A stretch of 63,745 nucleotides of DNA, filler included, from Octopus bimaculoides (taxonomy: Eukaryota), in assembly GCF_001194135.2 (NCBI RefSeq). It is 7 parts of 5 records of this genome, joined end to end, with 100 filler letters (N's around TTAATTAATTAA, not from the genome) between each part and the next. Parts side by side here need not be neighbours in the genome. Positions count along the whole stretch, not along the records: positions 59,631 to 61,608 come from NW_026331166.1; positions 61,709 to 63,745 come from NC_068987.1; 5 more parts are not named here. One strand, 5' to 3'. Below, piece after piece: positions 60,545 to 63,745 of the stretch. The position numbers were made by a program, and so were the translations under genes. The notes beneath the pieces are model-generated. The model did not search any database. It was not told where the DNA came from and saw only the letters and a program-made list of their open reading frames with translations. Each line of letters begins with the position of its first letter. The stretch's first letter is position 1.

Positions 60545-60939
60545 NNNNNNNNNNNNNNNNNNNNNNNNNNNNNNNNNNNNNNNNNNNNNNNNNNNNNNNN
60601 NNNNNNNNNNNNNNNNNNNNNNNNNNNNNNNNNNNNNNNNNNNNNNNNNNNNNNNNNNNNNNNNNNNNNNNNNNNNNNNNNNNNNNNNNNNNNNNNNNNN
60701 NNNNNNNNNNNNNNNNNNNNNNNNNNNNNNNNNNNNNNNNNNNNNNNNNNNNNNNNNNNNNNNNNNNNNNNNNNNNNNNNNNNNNNNNNNNNNNNNNNNN
60801 NNNNNNNNNNNNNNNNNNNNNNNNNNNNNNNNNNNNNNNNNNNNNNNNNNNNNNNNNNNNNNNNNNNNNNNNNNNNNNNNNNNNNNNNNNNNNNNNNNNN
60901 NNNNNNNNNNNNNNNNNNNNNNNNNNNNNNNNNNNNNNN

Positions 60940-60976
<37 letters not shown>

Positions 60977-62739
60977 CAACGACGGAATTCCACGCAGTTT
61001 CCATCTGATTCGCTGACAAGGCATTAGTCGTCTGAGGGATATAGTAGGAGACAGTTGTCGAAGGTTCCGCTGAACCCAAAACCCACACAGCCACACCTGC
61101 GCCTATGCATAGCTTAAGTAAAGAACTATTTCAGTTCGTGTACGAGCACGCAACGAACCCATTTTGAGAAGAAAAACACCAAAATTACAATCAAATCCTT
61201 ATTGATTTATAAATAAGCTTCTATTTGAAAACTCCCTTAGAATGCCCAACGGCAACTTCTGTGGATAACATTTAGAAATACAAAAACAGATACTTATTGC
61301 AAATCTCCGAATGAGAAATTTGATTTAATTTTATTTTTAGATAAACATTGTCCCAGCATGGCCATAGAGCAAAGACTGAAACAATTAAAAGCCAAAACAA
61401 AGTTACAGTAAATATATTTCTTTCGTATAAAGTACCAAGGCATTTGATACAAGTTAAATCATGATAACTGCAGATAATCCACAAATCATATTAGCCTTGG
61501 TGACCAAAGCGTGCTTCCAGAGTTACCCATCATATGACAGGCAACACTAATACATCTCTCTCTCTTTCTATTTATTTATTTATTTATCTATCTATCTATC
61601 TATCTATCNNNNNNNNNNNNNNNNNNNNNNNNNNNNNNNNNNNNNNNNNNNNTTAATTAATTAANNNNNNNNNNNNNNNNNNNNNNNNNNNNNNNNNNNN
61701 NNNNNNNNCTCTCTCTCTCTCTCTCTCTCCCTCTCTCTCTCCCTATATATATATGTATGTATGTATGTATGTGTGTTTGCGTGTCTGTGTTTGTCCCCCC
61801 CCCCTCCAACCATTGCTTGACAATCCGTACACTAGCGGTTCGGTAAAAGATACCGATAGAATAAGTACTAGGCTTACAAAGAATAAGTCCTGGGGTCAAT
61901 TTGTTCGACTAAAGGCGGTGCTCCAGCATGGCCGCAGTCAAATGACTGAAACAAATAAAAGAATGAAGAATATATATATATATAAATTTAAATAATAAGG
62001 GTGAAAAATTGAATATTCATTTGATTAATATCAATTTAAAACCAGTGGCCTATCATATTGAAAAATCTGAAGATTCAGAAAAATTATATTACATACTTGC
62101 TCGTTTACGCTCTGGCGTACGCTGAATTTTCTTGAGAACAATCTTTTCTTAGTGGTCAGACCATATGGGGTCTTCTTCTAGCATAATGGATATCCACTTA
62201 GTGGTCATCCCTCTGATATATATAGATATATTACCATGTCATATTGGATATATATCTTTCGAAATATTAAATATTNNNNNNNNNNNNNNNNNNNNNNNNN
62301 NNNNNNNNNNNNNNNNNNNNNNNNNNNNNNNNNNNNNNNNNNNNNNNNNNNNNNNNNNNNNNNNNNNNNNNNNNNTATATGGGGGGAGAGTGTATGCATA
62401 TATATATATATATATACATACATACATATATACATGCACATATACTAAATACGTACATATGTGTGCATATATATACACACATACACACACCCACAGATAT
62501 ATTCATACATACCTTCATATATATGCATGTGTGCATGTGTTAATTTATGTGAGATAAAGCAAGATTACAATCTGAACCGTGAGAATGAAACCCTTGGTTA
62601 TCCCACATTGATTAACATATATTTAAGATTTCCTTCAATGTACTGAATGCAATATGAAGTTTTACCGAACACGTTAAGTGTTGCATCAGAGCAACAACAA
62701 GAACAACATATACACACACGTGTATTCCAGAAGTAGACA

Positions 62740-63525
62740 CATTTATAGATTTCATGGAAGTATAAAACTCTTATCTCGTTTTGACTATGACGCTCTGACT
62801 TTAATGCATCAGTAGTAGCACTCCAATTCCTTCGTCAAAGCCCCATAGAAGTTCTCCAAAGTGAAGGAGTCCAGGACCCTTGTCACAGGCTCCTTTATCT
62901 TCTCAACATCTTCAAAATAACTACCTTAGATGTTCTCCTTCAGCTTGGAGAACAATCAAAAATCGCAGGGAGCGAGGTCTGTATTGTAGGGAGGGCAAGA
63001 GGAAGTTCTGATGTCCATTTCTGTCAAGTAGTTTGTTTTCAGGACAGAATTGTGGACTGGTGCATTGTCCAGATGCTGGTGCCACCGAACCGAGTTGAAG
63101 AGCTCAAGCCTTTTGCAACGAAATCCCTTCCTAAACTCTCTCAAAATCTCTACGAAGTACTCTGTTGACCGTTGGCCAGAGAGAACCCAGTAAATATAGA
63201 TGATGCTCTAAATATCACAAAAAAAAAGGGAACCATCGTGAGCTTCCTGGTAGACTTGCTTTTTCTGACCTTCCAATGATACCTCCAATGAGCATTCTTG
63301 TCCCTTGGTCTCTGGATCACAATAGTTGATCTAGATTTCGTTTTAGGCCACCAGAGACCCAAGTACCCTCGGATGGGAGATAATGAGCTCAACTTGCTCC
63401 TTGCTGTTACTAACATATCTTTCCTTCTGCTCGTTACTGAGCATCCTGGAAACAAAATTTGCATAAATTTTGTGCAGGTTCAGATCTTAAATAATCCCGC
63501 GTGCAGTTGCCACACCAACTGCAAA
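62740..63525 (-). mobile_element. Decayed mariner (DD34D), different subfamily
   Basis: FVSRMLS, YCDPETK, HLDNAPVHNS...CPPYNTDLAPCDF (34 spacing), LFSKLKE; stops and frameshifts. Confidence 0.85.
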
Positions 63526-63528
63526 CTA

Positions 63529-63745
63529 TAGAGGGTGGCCCAAAAGTAGGTTTACAGTTATTCATCTATCTCTTTGGCATTCATATATTAACAGTTTAGA
63601 TCTTAATTATGAAAAAATATGAAACCATTATTTAGCAAGATGGAGGACCTCCACATTATGCGTTGACAGTAAGAGACTACCTTAACCAAGCCTTTCCACA
63701 GCGTTAGTTTGGAAGACGGGGCAGCATCGAATGACCACCACATTC
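63529..63745 (+). mobile_element. Internally deleted DD41D (rosa/VS-type) Tc1/mariner, runs off the window
   Basis: TA-GAGGGTGGCCCAAAAGTAGGTTTACAGTT terminus, then *QDGGPPHYALTVRDYLNQAFPQR*FGRRGSIE*PPHS. Trp-Pro-Pro at positions 31-33 implies 41 spacing; the final Asp is outside the window. Confidence 0.75.

Overview
AT-rich, repeat-dense animal genomic DNA; the repeat content (tRNA-derived SINE families, RTE/RLE/Tx1/CR1 LINE relics, Tc1/mariner relics, abundant microsatellites) points to an octopod cephalopod draft assembly. One protein-coding gene can be fully reconstructed: a six-exon cytosolic-type sulfotransferase on the minus strand (CDS 22931-22403, 18922-18711, 15042-14916, 12384-12287, 10027-9844, 6832-6699; 1284 nt, 427 aa, all introns GT-AG, phases consistent). 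Its core aligns best, by my recollection of the vertebrate sequences, with SULT4A1. Unlike vertebrate SULT4A1 it keeps a complete PAPS-binding apparatus, and it carries an ~135-aa N-terminal extension: an 84-aa acid-free, Arg/Ser/Leu-rich presequence followed by one transmembrane helix, suggesting an organelle-anchored, possibly mitochondrial SULT. The rest of the window (23.5-63.7 kb) has no convincing host gene and is a mosaic of transposon relics. Notable items there: a 5S rRNA head fused to a SINE tail, SINE head/tail module swapping, a dimeric SINE, four DD(D/E) classes of Tc1/mariner, a TSD-bounded hAT-Charlie element, an ~190-bp-arm inverted repeat and a hammerhead-like Penelope motif. 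Six N44-TTAATTAATTAA-N44 spacers are assembly joins, so contiguity across them is not guaranteed. Repeat boundaries are read by eye (about +/-20 bp); exon boundaries are base-exact.
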